IMG/VR virus record: IMGVR_UViG_3300006147_000378
Location: 1 to 64,000 of that record
Origin: a virus
Reading direction: 5' to 3' (one strand)
DNA length: 64,000 bases
A program made the position numbers and the translations under genes. This document shows, piece after piece, positions 1 to 7,874 of the stretch; the stretch's first letter is position 1; each line of letters starts with the position of its first letter. The notes beneath the pieces are model-generated. The model did no database searches, was not told the DNA's origin, and worked only from the letters and a program-made list of their open reading frames with translations.

Positions 1-51
1 GAGAAGTGCTACCTGCTGAACGTGGTCAAGGCCGACAACGCCGCCGCGTAA
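1..51 (+). CDS. 3' end of an upstream CDS (partial; ...EKCYLLNVVKADNAAA*)
   Basis: open frame from window edge to TAA at 49-51 followed by terminator hairpin. Confidence 0.3.
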   Translation, partial: EKCYLLNVVKADNAAA

Positions 52-65
52 GCAGCCCCTTCGAC

Positions 66-99
66 GGGCCGCCCCATTTCTTCCGGGGCGGCCCTTTTT
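66..99 (+). terminator. Rho-independent terminator (GGGCCGCCCC/GGGGCGGCCC stem + TTTTT)
   Basis: 10-bp GC stem, 9-nt loop, T5 tract. Confidence 0.7.
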
Positions 100-219
100 C
101 ATGGGAGAATGGCGGAATTGGTTAGACGCGGGAGCCTTTTGAGCTTCTGGAGAGTCGCGCCCTCCATGCTGGTTCGAGCCCAGCTTCTCCCGCCAGCCCA
201 ATATAAGAGAGGTGTTTTT

Positions 220-1803
220 ATGTTCAAGAACAGTATCGCATCGACACCATTAACTACGGATGCTGCGAATGCCTACTTCTCCAACGTCACCGGCCAGAGG
301 TACGGCAATGATAACTCGTTCCTTGCAACGCTTCGTGCGTTGGTTGCACCTCGTATGAAAGAGGACGAGTTTATCACACTCAAGTTCGGTCGTTCGGACT
401 ATGACGCATCCACCATCAAAAGCGTACCAGGCGACCGGGCGGTTGACGCCATTTGCAGCAGCTATCGCCTGAACGATTCGGATGGCAACATCATCATCCA
501 TAACCTGGGGTGTGACGCTGAGAGCAACAAGGTGAACCTCCAAATTCTTGGCTCGTACTTTACGGGCCACTATACGGGGTATCACCGGCTCGAAAAGGTG
601 AAGGAGTTCTACCGCAAGGCCATCAACGTGGACTGCTACATCAATCCCGAGCGCAAGAATGTCATCCTGTTTGTTGACAAGCTCGACAATAAAAAGCTGC
701 ACTATTTGCAGCAGTCCGTCCTGGCTATCCTGCCGTGGTACTTCGACCCGGAAAGCGGCGTTTCTGAGCTGGAGATGGAGCTGATTCATTCCCTGCGGGA
801 AACCACGTCCGAAAAGTATGAGGCGTGTCTGGTTCGTGTGGCTGAGCAGTACGACTTCAAATCGGCGAGGATTCGCCAGTTGCTTGGCGGGTTTGAGACC
901 CGCTTTGAGCAGATGGAGTGCGACCGTGTCCGCAGGGAAATCGACGATTACGACCGGCGTATCAGGAGCTTGAATGATGACATCGGCTGTATGCTCAGGG
1001 AGAGGAACGAAAGTTGCATCCGGCTTCTGGGCCTTGAGACGAAGATTGCCAACAGTGGCGAGGACTCCGAGATTATGGAATACTTCCTCTGTAACAACAA
1101 GCTGTACCTGGAGGAAGTGACCGACACAGATATGTACTTCTGTGTGAAGGACTACCTCGTCTACTTCGACAAGGAAATGGCTGAGGCTGCTATCAACAAC
1201 CCGAACAGCTTCGTGTACCAAAATGGCCGCAACGGTGAGTATCGTGGTACATCGGCTGAGAAAATGAAGCGGCTGATGCGGGAAATCTTCATCGAGGAGA
1301 TGCCGCGCTTGCGTATTAAGTTCTGTGCGGCCTACCGATTCAATCTGAATGGCAGTGTGGGTACGCAAAGCAGCCACTCCTTTGGCTATGAGTTTGCCGA
1401 TGCCATGCCGAACACCCACATCGACCGGTTTGGGTGCCTGGGCGGCTATCAAAAAACCATCAACCAGTTGCTCCAAAAGCGGGATTATATCAGTGCGATT
1501 GAGCAGTGCATCGCTTCCTGTAAGAGCCTCAACTGGGGCGACAGTCCGGTCATGGGCGAGTTCATGAGAACTATGTGGGGCAGCAGCGAGTACCACTACA
1601 ACAATCGCTGCATCGAGCTTCCTGATGGCCGTGTGGTAAAGCCTGCGGAGGCCATCAAGTGGCTGGAGGAACAGGATGGCGGTGAGGAAGATGGGCAGGA
1701 GCCGACACCGGTGCCGAGGGAGCAAGTGGCAGAACCCGCAGTCGAGGCAGCACAACCCGCACAGCAGACAAACGAAAACGAAGTCGAAGACTGGGCGTTC
1801 TAA
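220..1803 (+). CDS. large hypothetical protein, first gene of JAB/E1 operon (track ORF from 109; RBS GAGAGGTG favours ATG 220)
   Basis: long ORF, good RBS, acidic C-terminus; no recognisable domain; tightly linked to JAB and E1 genes. Confidence 0.6.
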   Translation: MFKNSIASTPLTTDAANAYFSNVTGQRYGNDNSFLATLRALVAPRMKEDEFITLKFGRSDYDASTIKSVPGDRAVDAICSSYRLNDSDGNIIIHNLGCDAESNKVNLQILGSYFTGHYTGYHRLEKVKEFYRKAINVDCYINPERKNVILFVDKLDNKKLHYLQQSVLAILPWYFDPESGVSELEMELIHSLRETTSEKYEACLVRVAEQYDFKSARIRQLLGGFETRFEQMECDRVRREIDDYDRRIRSLNDDIGCMLRERNESCIRLLGLETKIANSGEDSEIMEYFLCNNKLYLEEVTDTDMYFCVKDYLVYFDKEMAEAAINNPNSFVYQNGRNGEYRGTSAEKMKRLMREIFIEEMPRLRIKFCAAYRFNLNGSVGTQSSHSFGYEFADAMPNTHIDRFGCLGGYQKTINQLLQKRDYISAIEQCIASCKSLNWGDSPVMGEFMRTMWGSSEYHYNNRCIELPDGRVVKPAEAIKWLEEQDGGEEDGQEPTPVPREQVAEPAVEAAQPAQQTNENEVEDWAF

Positions 1804-1816
1804 GGGGAGATACGAT

Positions 1817-2752
1817 ATGAGTAAACCGATTAAAATGACACCCGAGTATCTGGAACAGTGCCGCTTGGAATTTGAAAAGGCGCTGTCTACCAGCAAGATG
1901 GCCGACGGCAAGATTACTTTCACGAAGGTGTTTACCACGGACGCCCGTAAGGCCACGGTTCACCTTTCGGCGTTGGCGTGGAATAAGATGACCGCCTTGC
2001 TTAGCGGGTTCGACAAGGAGGTCGCATGGCACGGCGTCGCTTTTCGTGGTGATGACGAGAGCAAGGACGAGTACATCATTGAGGATATCGTGGTGTACCC
2101 GCAGGAGGTTACCGGTGCCACCGTCGAGATGGACACAGAGAAGTACGCTCTGTGGTTAATGGAGAACGATGAGGACGAGCGGTTCCAAAACCTCAATATG
2201 CAGGGCCACTCTCATGTGAACATGGGGGTTACGCCATCCAGCGTTGACCTCACCCATCAGGAGGAAATCCTCAATATGTTGGGCGACGATGACTTCTACA
2301 TTTTTATGATTTGGAACAAGTCGCTCACCAGCAACACTAAAATCTACGACATGAAAAAGAATATCCTGTTTGAGAACGCCGATGTGTCTGTAACCTACGA
2401 ACCCGATGACATCGATGATTTCGTCGATGCGGCCAAGAAGATGGTTACGACCAAGGTAGCTACATACGGCTCTTACAACAAAACGGGCAGCACCGCATAC
2501 AACCCACTGGCGGGTCAGAACACCACGTCCATCACGCCTCCGAAGGATAAGGATAAGGGCAAGAAGGATGGTAAGGGCGGCAAGGATGGGGAGAAACCCC
2601 GAACTAAGATTGGCGCTGGTTGGCAGGGCGTGAGCGGAACCCAAACTTCGCTGTACGATGGTGCCAAGCAGGAGCAGGATAACGAAGACGAAGAGTGGGA
2701 GCGGCTGTACGGCGGCTTCGGCTACGGTTCGAGTGGAGCATGGAGGGGATAA
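1817..2752 (+). CDS. JAB/MPN (JAMM) metalloprotease-domain protein with Lys/Gly-rich C-terminal tail
   Basis: JAMM motif E...HSHVNMGVTPSSVD (HxHx7SxxD) seen in translation; RBS AGGGGAGA. Confidence 0.8.
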   Translation: MSKPIKMTPEYLEQCRLEFEKALSTSKMADGKITFTKVFTTDARKATVHLSALAWNKMTALLSGFDKEVAWHGVAFRGDDESKDEYIIEDIVVYPQEVTGATVEMDTEKYALWLMENDEDERFQNLNMQGHSHVNMGVTPSSVDLTHQEEILNMLGDDDFYIFMIWNKSLTSNTKIYDMKKNILFENADVSVTYEPDDIDDFVDAAKKMVTTKVATYGSYNKTGSTAYNPLAGQNTTSITPPKDKDKGKKDGKGGKDGEKPRTKIGAGWQGVSGTQTSLYDGAKQEQDNEDEEWERLYGGFGYGSSGAWRG

Positions 2753-2753
2753 T

Positions 2754-3425
2754 ATGGATTTGTCAAAAAGCTACGAATACTTCCAGCCTGAGAAGCTGAC
2801 CGACCGAGTTCACATCATTGGGTGTGGTTCGGTCGGCTCAACTGTGGCTGAGAACCTCGCCCGCAGCGGCGTGACCAAGTTCGCACTGTGGGACTTCGAT
2901 ACGGTTGAGCCCCACAATCTGGCCAATCAGATGTTCCGCCAGAAGGACATCGGCAAGCCGAAGGTCGATGCGCTCCTGGATATCCTCTGTGATATCAACG
3001 AGGAGGTCAAGGACGACACCAAGCTCCAGCCGGAAGGCTGGAAGGGTCAGCAGCTCTCCGGCTTTGTGTTCCTGTGTGTGGACAACATTGACCTGCGCCG
3101 GGAGATTGTGACACAGCACATGGACAGCCCTTACATCAAGGCCATGTTCGACTTCCGTACCCGGCTGGAGGACGCCCAGCACTACGCCGCCGATTGGTCT
3201 GACTTCAAGATGAAGAAGGACTTCCTGGCGTCTATGAACTTCTCCCATGACGAGGCCAAGGAGGAGACGCCGGTGTCGGCCTGTAATGTCACCCTGTCCG
3301 TTTGCCCCACCGTCCGCATCGTTTGTGCGTATGGTGTGGCCAACTTCATGAACTTCTGGAATGGCAAACCGCTGAAGAAACTCATCCTGGCTGATGCGTT
3401 CAACTTCATGCTGGACGCCTTCTGA
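2754..3425 (+). CDS. E1-like (ThiF/MoeB/UBA family) adenylyltransferase
   Basis: Rossmann motif IIGCGSVGS, ThiF-like fold signature, start overlaps JAB stop (coupled). Confidence 0.75.
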   Translation: MDLSKSYEYFQPEKLTDRVHIIGCGSVGSTVAENLARSGVTKFALWDFDTVEPHNLANQMFRQKDIGKPKVDALLDILCDINEEVKDDTKLQPEGWKGQQLSGFVFLCVDNIDLRREIVTQHMDSPYIKAMFDFRTRLEDAQHYAADWSDFKMKKDFLASMNFSHDEAKEETPVSACNVTLSVCPTVRIVCAYGVANFMNFWNGKPLKKLILADAFNFMLDAF

Positions 3426-3440
3426 TTGCTGACCTGATAT

Positions 3441-3472
3441 GAGCCCCGGCCACTGTCGCCGGGGCTCTTTTG
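3441..3472 (+). terminator. Rho-independent terminator (GAGCCCCGGC/GCCGGGGCTC + TTTT)
   Basis: 10-bp stem, 7-nt loop, T tract. Confidence 0.7.
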
Positions 3473-3479
3473 CAAAAAG

Positions 3480-4310
3480 ATGTACCGAAGGGAGGTGCGT
3501 GTTACGGACACAACGATTGGCAAGCTGAAAATTGGTACGCCCTTGATTATGGGAAAGTATGGCGTGAATAGAGACAGACCTAAGCCAATTATTTGGTTGA
3601 AGGGTACTCCAAACGGTGATTTTATCACAAAAGATGCCATTGATTACCTGCCGTTCGATGCTAAGGAGCGTGAGAACACAGAGAACAATAACGCTCGAAT
3701 AATGGGGAACAGTAGATACAGCGTCTCCAATCTTCTCCAGTTTCTCAACTGCGCTGAGGAATCGTGGTTCGCGCCCATGCACCAATTCGATGCCCCGCCC
3801 ACCGTTATGAATGTCGATTGGAACCGAGGTCAGTACGACCAGCACTATGGATTCCTCTATTTCTTTGAAGAGTATGAGATTGCCGCATTAGAGCAGGACA
3901 CACGGGTAGTTGATACTGATAATGTGGCGACTTTGGTGCGGCTCCCGTCGATTGCCGACATCCTTAGCCCCGACAGGTTCAAACTCTTTACCAAGAAGGG
4001 CGTTCGCCCGAAGGCGACCGAAGAATTGATTGGGAAACCGGGCGCTGAGTTTTACCTTGGTTCCTATGTTCCATTTTGGGTATCAGATTGGGGCCGTAAC
4101 GGACACGCCGCATTCATCGACAGAGATGGCTCCGTAAAAGTCCAGTGGCCAACGGGAAATTGCGGAGTTCGCCCAGTCTGTACTATCAGCCCTGCTACCG
4201 CCGTAGTTCTTGGCGATGACGGGTTCCACTACATAAAGCCACAAGAAATCAAGCAGAACGTTTGTACTGACGAAGAGCTATACGCTTTCTTAGGTCTGGC
4301 ACAGCCTTAA
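3480..4310 (+). CDS. hypothetical protein (candidate partner/effector of downstream RT)
   Basis: 276-aa ORF, no recognisable domain. Confidence 0.5.
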   Translation: MYRREVRVTDTTIGKLKIGTPLIMGKYGVNRDRPKPIIWLKGTPNGDFITKDAIDYLPFDAKERENTENNNARIMGNSRYSVSNLLQFLNCAEESWFAPMHQFDAPPTVMNVDWNRGQYDQHYGFLYFFEEYEIAALEQDTRVVDTDNVATLVRLPSIADILSPDRFKLFTKKGVRPKATEELIGKPGAEFYLGSYVPFWVSDWGRNGHAAFIDRDGSVKVQWPTGNCGVRPVCTISPATAVVLGDDGFHYIKPQEIKQNVCTDEELYAFLGLAQP

Positions 4311-4348
4311 ATGCGCCAATGAACTGTAACGAATATCCTTTCGGGGAG

Positions 4349-4368
4349 CTTCACGCCAAAGGCTGAAG
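4349..4368 (+). repeat. recurrent stem-loop motif copy 1 (CTTCAcGCC-AAA-GGCTGAAG)
   Basis: one of five covarying copies. Confidence 0.5.
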
Positions 4369-4447
4369 TAACGAATTGTCAGAAAAGTGAGATACCCAGA
4401 GGCGAACGGGCCTGGCGCCCGCAGCAGGCCACCGCACCAGTGGAACT

Positions 4448-4590
4448 GGTCGATGAGCTCGCACTACCATCGGCAACCCGAACAAATGCAATTTCGCCAC
4501 AGAAAATGACACCTTTCAGTGTCATTTTCCACCTGGATTTTCACACTTTTACCGACCTATTCAGACTTGGTCTCATCCGAGAGCTCATCA
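4448..4590 (+). ncRNA. candidate retron-like structured RNA upstream of RT (flanking inverted repeats GATGAGCTC / GAGCTCATC enclosing an 11-bp perfect hairpin at 4502..4529)
   Basis: inverted repeats at 4453-4461 and 4581-4589; hairpin GAAAATGACAC-CTTTCA-GTGTCATTTTC; no credible ORF in 4311-4704. Confidence 0.3.
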
Positions 4591-4704
4591 CATCCCTGAG
4601 CCCAGTCGTCTGTTTCTGTGTAGGTTACAGCTCACACTCTTTTGCAAAGGGGGGTAATCAGGTTGGTATATATCACAGTCAGGCAATCACCCATCTATCA
4701 TCAG

Positions 4705-5799
4705 ATGACACTGGAGGAGTTCCTGTTTCAGAACTTCCAGGCACCTGCGGTTGTGAACGCAAACATGGCGAACACAAAGACATACGAATACGAATATGCA
4801 AGCGAACACTTTACAAGCAGTCTGGACGTTGACAGCCTCATCTACAAGTTGGAGCGGTACAACCAGTCGGTGGCCGCACTGCGGGAGAAAGACCGGCACT
4901 CTCTGTACGACAGCTTCCACATTCCCAAGAAGTCTGGTGGCTTGCGAAAGATTGACGCCCCACGCCCCGAACTGATGGATGCGCTCCGGCGGCTCAAGAC
5001 AATCTTTGAGGAGGACTTTCACGCTCTGTACCATACTGCGGCCTTCGCATATGTGAAAAAGCGCTGCACGGTAGACGCGGTCAAGCGCCATCAGAAGAAC
5101 AACAGTAAGTGGTTCGCCAAGCTCGACCTCCATAACTTCTTCGGCAGCACCACGCTGGACTTTGTGATGACAATGTTTTCCATGGTCTATCCATTCAGCG
5201 AGGTGGTTAAGGTTCCACACGGTCGGCAGGAGTTGAGGAATGCTCTTGAACTTGCCTTTTTGGACGGTGGACTCCCGCAGGGGACACCAATCTCTCCGCT
5301 CATCACAAATGTGATGATGATTCCTGTGGACTTCAAACTCTCCAAGGCGTTCCGAGAGTTCAATAAGCAACGGTACATCTACACTCGGTATGCGGATGAT
5401 TTTATCATCTCGTCCAAGTATGACTTCGATGTCCATACCGTTGAGGATTTGGTTGTCCAAACGCTGAAGGATTTTGGTGCTCCGTTCTCAATCAATAACG
5501 CTAAGACTCGCTACGGCTCATCTGCTGGCCGGAACTGGAATCTTGGTGTTATGTTGAACAAAGACAACGAAATCACGATTGGCAACAAGAAAAAACGGCA
5601 GTTCCAGTCCATGCTGTACAACTACATAACGGATAAAAAGAATGGCGTCGAATGGAGCCGTGAAGACATACAAACTGTGCAGGGGCTCCATAGCTACTAT
5701 CGCATGGTCGAGGAAAAGGCCATTGATGCAATCGTCAGCCATATCAACGACAAGATGAAGGTCGATGTGATGCGCCTCATCAAAGATGATTTAAGGTAA
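4705..5799 (+). CDS. reverse transcriptase, retron-like/defence-RT-like (motifs IPKKSGGLRKI, LDLHNFFGS, LPQGTPISP, YADD, INNAKT)
   Basis: RT motifs 1-7 in order in translation; QGxxxSP (not DGR-type); NAxxH-like AVKRH region. Confidence 0.85.
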   Translation: MTLEEFLFQNFQAPAVVNANMANTKTYEYEYASEHFTSSLDVDSLIYKLERYNQSVAALREKDRHSLYDSFHIPKKSGGLRKIDAPRPELMDALRRLKTIFEEDFHALYHTAAFAYVKKRCTVDAVKRHQKNNSKWFAKLDLHNFFGSTTLDFVMTMFSMVYPFSEVVKVPHGRQELRNALELAFLDGGLPQGTPISPLITNVMMIPVDFKLSKAFREFNKQRYIYTRYADDFIISSKYDFDVHTVEDLVVQTLKDFGAPFSINNAKTRYGSSAGRNWNLGVMLNKDNEITIGNKKKRQFQSMLYNYITDKKNGVEWSREDIQTVQGLHSYYRMVEEKAIDAIVSHINDKMKVDVMRLIKDDLR

Positions 5800-5863
5800 T
5801 AAACAATCCTTGGCAGTTGGAGGTTAAACTGCCATTCCTGTAATGTATAGTCGTTCAACGACG

Positions 5864-5883
5864 CTCTACGCCAAAGGCTGGAG
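5864..5883 (+). repeat. recurrent stem-loop motif copy 2 (CTCTAcGCC-AAA-GGCTGGAG)
   Basis: identical to copy 3, 296 nt apart. Confidence 0.5.
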
Positions 5884-6159
5884 TATCACGAGGGTGGGAA
5901 CTGGAGACACCTGCCAGGCACGCAGCAGGCACTGCGATGCGCCTCCAGAATGAGCCCACCGGAAAGCTTCCGACTCACGAACCCCAGCGAGTCTCCCAAA
6001 CCCATTGTCCCACAATGCAGCAGAAAGTCCATTAGCCTCATACTTAACATTACTGGATGTCTCTTCGGCGACGACCGGTCTTCAGGATACAGGACTTTCC
6101 TATGTAGATTACAGGAAACAAACTTCATTTGCAATGTATAACATTCAGAAATGGATGTG

Positions 6160-6179
6160 CTCTACGCCAAAGGCTGGAG
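6160..6179 (+). repeat. recurrent stem-loop motif copy 3 (CTCTAcGCC-AAA-GGCTGGAG)
   Basis: identical 21-mer to copy 2. Confidence 0.5.
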
Positions 6180-6424
6180 TTTCAACTTGATGAGAAGCAC
6201 ACCCTCCCCCGGAGGAGAAGGCGCCCGAGCTGGCCACGACAGCTACGCAGGTCGGCAGCCGTCATCACCACACACGAGATGTCCACACCCATTGCGAGAC
6301 AATAGCACCCATGGAATTTCTTCCTTCTTCCGGACATCCGATTCATCTCAAGATTCGCATCTTGAGCTGCTTCCGCGCAGCAACCAGGGAGCTACTTCTA
6401 TGCAGATTGCAAATGACGAACTAA

Positions 6425-6513
6425 GGAGAGATACCCAAGCTGGTTAAGGGGCAAGTTTGCTAAACTTGTAGGCCGAAAACGGTGCGTGGGTTCGAGCCCC
6501 ACTCTCTCCGCCA
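6425..6513 (+). tRNA. tRNA-Ser (anticodon GCT), long variable arm, CCA encoded
   Basis: cloverleaf folded by hand: acceptor GGAGAGA/TCTCTCC, anticodon loop TTGCTAA, T-loop TTCGAGC. Confidence 0.8.
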
Positions 6514-6631
6514 GGTATGGAACCATTCAATCATGCGTCAAAGGGGAGCCTTTACAGTATGCTGGTGCCTGCACCGGAAACTGGTTATACGTTGGTTCGG
6601 CGGGACGCCGCTGCATGAGCGTACTTTATAT

Positions 6632-6707
6632 TGGGGTGTAGCCAAGTGGTTAAGGCACGGGACTTTGACTCCCGCATTCGCTGGTTCGAGTCCAGCCACC
6701 CCAGCCA
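6632..6707 (+). tRNA. tRNA-Gln (anticodon TTG), CCA encoded
   Basis: closely resembles E. coli tRNA-Gln incl. 5' U; anticodon loop CTTTGAC. Confidence 0.8.
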
Positions 6708-6818
6708 TGTGCCGTTTTAAGCAAATTGTGTTTGGGTCAGAGAGGGGCTTCGTGTGCGCACCTTGTGGGGCCCCTCGTAAACAAATGTGCGGTAGGGCTT
6801 ACCTCAAGCCCACAATAT

Positions 6819-6894
6819 GCTGACGTAGCTTAACTGGTAGAGCGGGGCTTTCGTAAAGCTCAGGTTCCCGGTTCAACTCCGGGCGTCAGCTCCA
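6819..6894 (+). tRNA. tRNA-Thr (anticodon CGT), CCA encoded
   Basis: acceptor GCTGACG/CGTCAGC, anticodon loop TTCGTAA, T-arm CCCGG/CCGGG. Confidence 0.75.
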
Positions 6895-7031
6895 GTAGGT
6901 TCTGTTGGTCATGCTCACGTTTGTGCGGTTAGCTCATCACTCAACTGCTATCTCTGTGAGAGACACAGCCGGGTGCACACGGAGTCTTACGGGCGCAGAA
7001 TCCGCCGCTACGATGCGTCGCAGCGGTGTAC

Positions 7032-7106
7032 GCTGGTGTAGCTCAATGGTAGAGCCACCCCTTTGTAAGGGGAGGGTTGCGGGTTCGAGCCCTGTCACCA
7101 GCTCCA
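7032..7106 (+). tRNA. tRNA-Thr (anticodon TGT), CCA encoded
   Basis: acceptor GCTGGTG/CACCAGC, anticodon loop TTTGTAA. Confidence 0.7.
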
Positions 7107-7126
7107 CCCTGTATTACAGGGTTTTT
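7107..7126 (+). terminator. small terminator hairpin after tRNA (CCCTGT-ATT-ACAGGG + TTTTT)
   Basis: 6-bp stem and T5. Confidence 0.5.
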
Positions 7127-7286
7127 ACCACGGTGTTGGACGTGTTGTCCAATTCATTTCCTTTCCTTTCTTTGCTCATGTTGTATGCGTGTGCCGCTAA
7201 GCATAATAGGTGATGCTTGCGGTGAAGGTGGTTCGATTCCGCCAGTGGTACACGTCGTAGCAACAAAGAACCGTACCTCCATATAT

Positions 7287-7362
7287 CTGGGTGTAGCTCA
7301 GTTGGCAGAGCGCCTGTTTTGGGAACAGGAGGCCGTGGGTTCGAGACCCGCCACTCAGACCA
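7287..7362 (+). tRNA. tRNA-Pro (anticodon TGG), CCA encoded
   Basis: acceptor CTGGGTG/CACTCAG, anticodon loop TTTGGGA (G37). Confidence 0.75.
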
Positions 7363-7385
7363 CTAACCTGTAGAGGAAGATTGAT

Positions 7386-7874
7386 ATGCTGTTGTATCAT
7401 GGAACGTCCCAAACGTTCAACGAACCATGTTTGAGTAAGTGTAAGCCGCACCGAGATTTCGGTTGCGGCTTTTATCTTGCCCAAAACTACATAGACGCAC
7501 TAACAATGGCAATCAAGAACTCCCGCACAGGGTTCGTCCAATCATATTTTCTGGACGACACAAGCGAATTGAACGTGCTCGAACTCGATGGATATTCCGA
7601 GGAATGGTTACAATTCGTTGTGCAATCAAGGCTTGGGCAAAAATCAAACTTCGATTTGGTGATTGGGAACATGGCAGGCGGAGGCCGGAATCTGAAAAGC
7701 AAGTTCTCAAAGTACCGCAGTTCTGGCACATCGGTCGAAGAAGTGATGGCGGCTATGCGTAATGAGCTGACCAACACCACACTTGGCGTCCAGTATGCGT
7801 TTCTGACGCCGAAAGCAGTATCAAAACTAAAACTATTGGATGTCGAAACGATTGAAGAGGAGGAATTGGCATGA
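7386..7874 (+). CDS. putative ADP-ribosyltransferase-like protein (PARP-like H-Y-E signature: LYHGTS ... GCGFYLAQNY; DUF3990-like)
   Basis: HGT...GFYLA motif in translation. Confidence 0.5.
   Translation: MLLYHGTSQTFNEPCLSKCKPHRDFGCGFYLAQNYIDALTMAIKNSRTGFVQSYFLDDTSELNVLELDGYSEEWLQFVVQSRLGQKSNFDLVIGNMAGGGRNLKSKFSKYRSSGTSVEEVMAAMRNELTNTTLGVQYAFLTPKAVSKLKLLDVETIEEEELA

Noticed and set aside
250-1956. 568-aa minus-strand ORF overlapping the first + strand gene
   Set aside because: Antisense shadow ORF of a GC-rich coding region; no RBS, no domain, and it conflicts with a + strand gene that has a clean RBS and operon context
2838-3845. 335-aa minus-strand ORF over E1 gene and terminator
   Set aside because: Crosses a strong + strand terminator and overlaps the ThiF-like gene; no support
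6205-6290. tRNA-Ser-like 5' fragment (GGAGGAGAAGGCGCCCGAGCTGGCC)
   Set aside because: Only D-arm-like similarity; no T-arm or acceptor 3' strand; mentioned in a finding but not annotated
7193-7255. Sixth tRNA-like sequence (D-hairpin and T-arm GGTGG-TTCGATT-CCGCC)
   Set aside because: No anticodon arm can be formed and the acceptor needs two G-U pairs; likely a decayed tRNA remnant, not called as a gene
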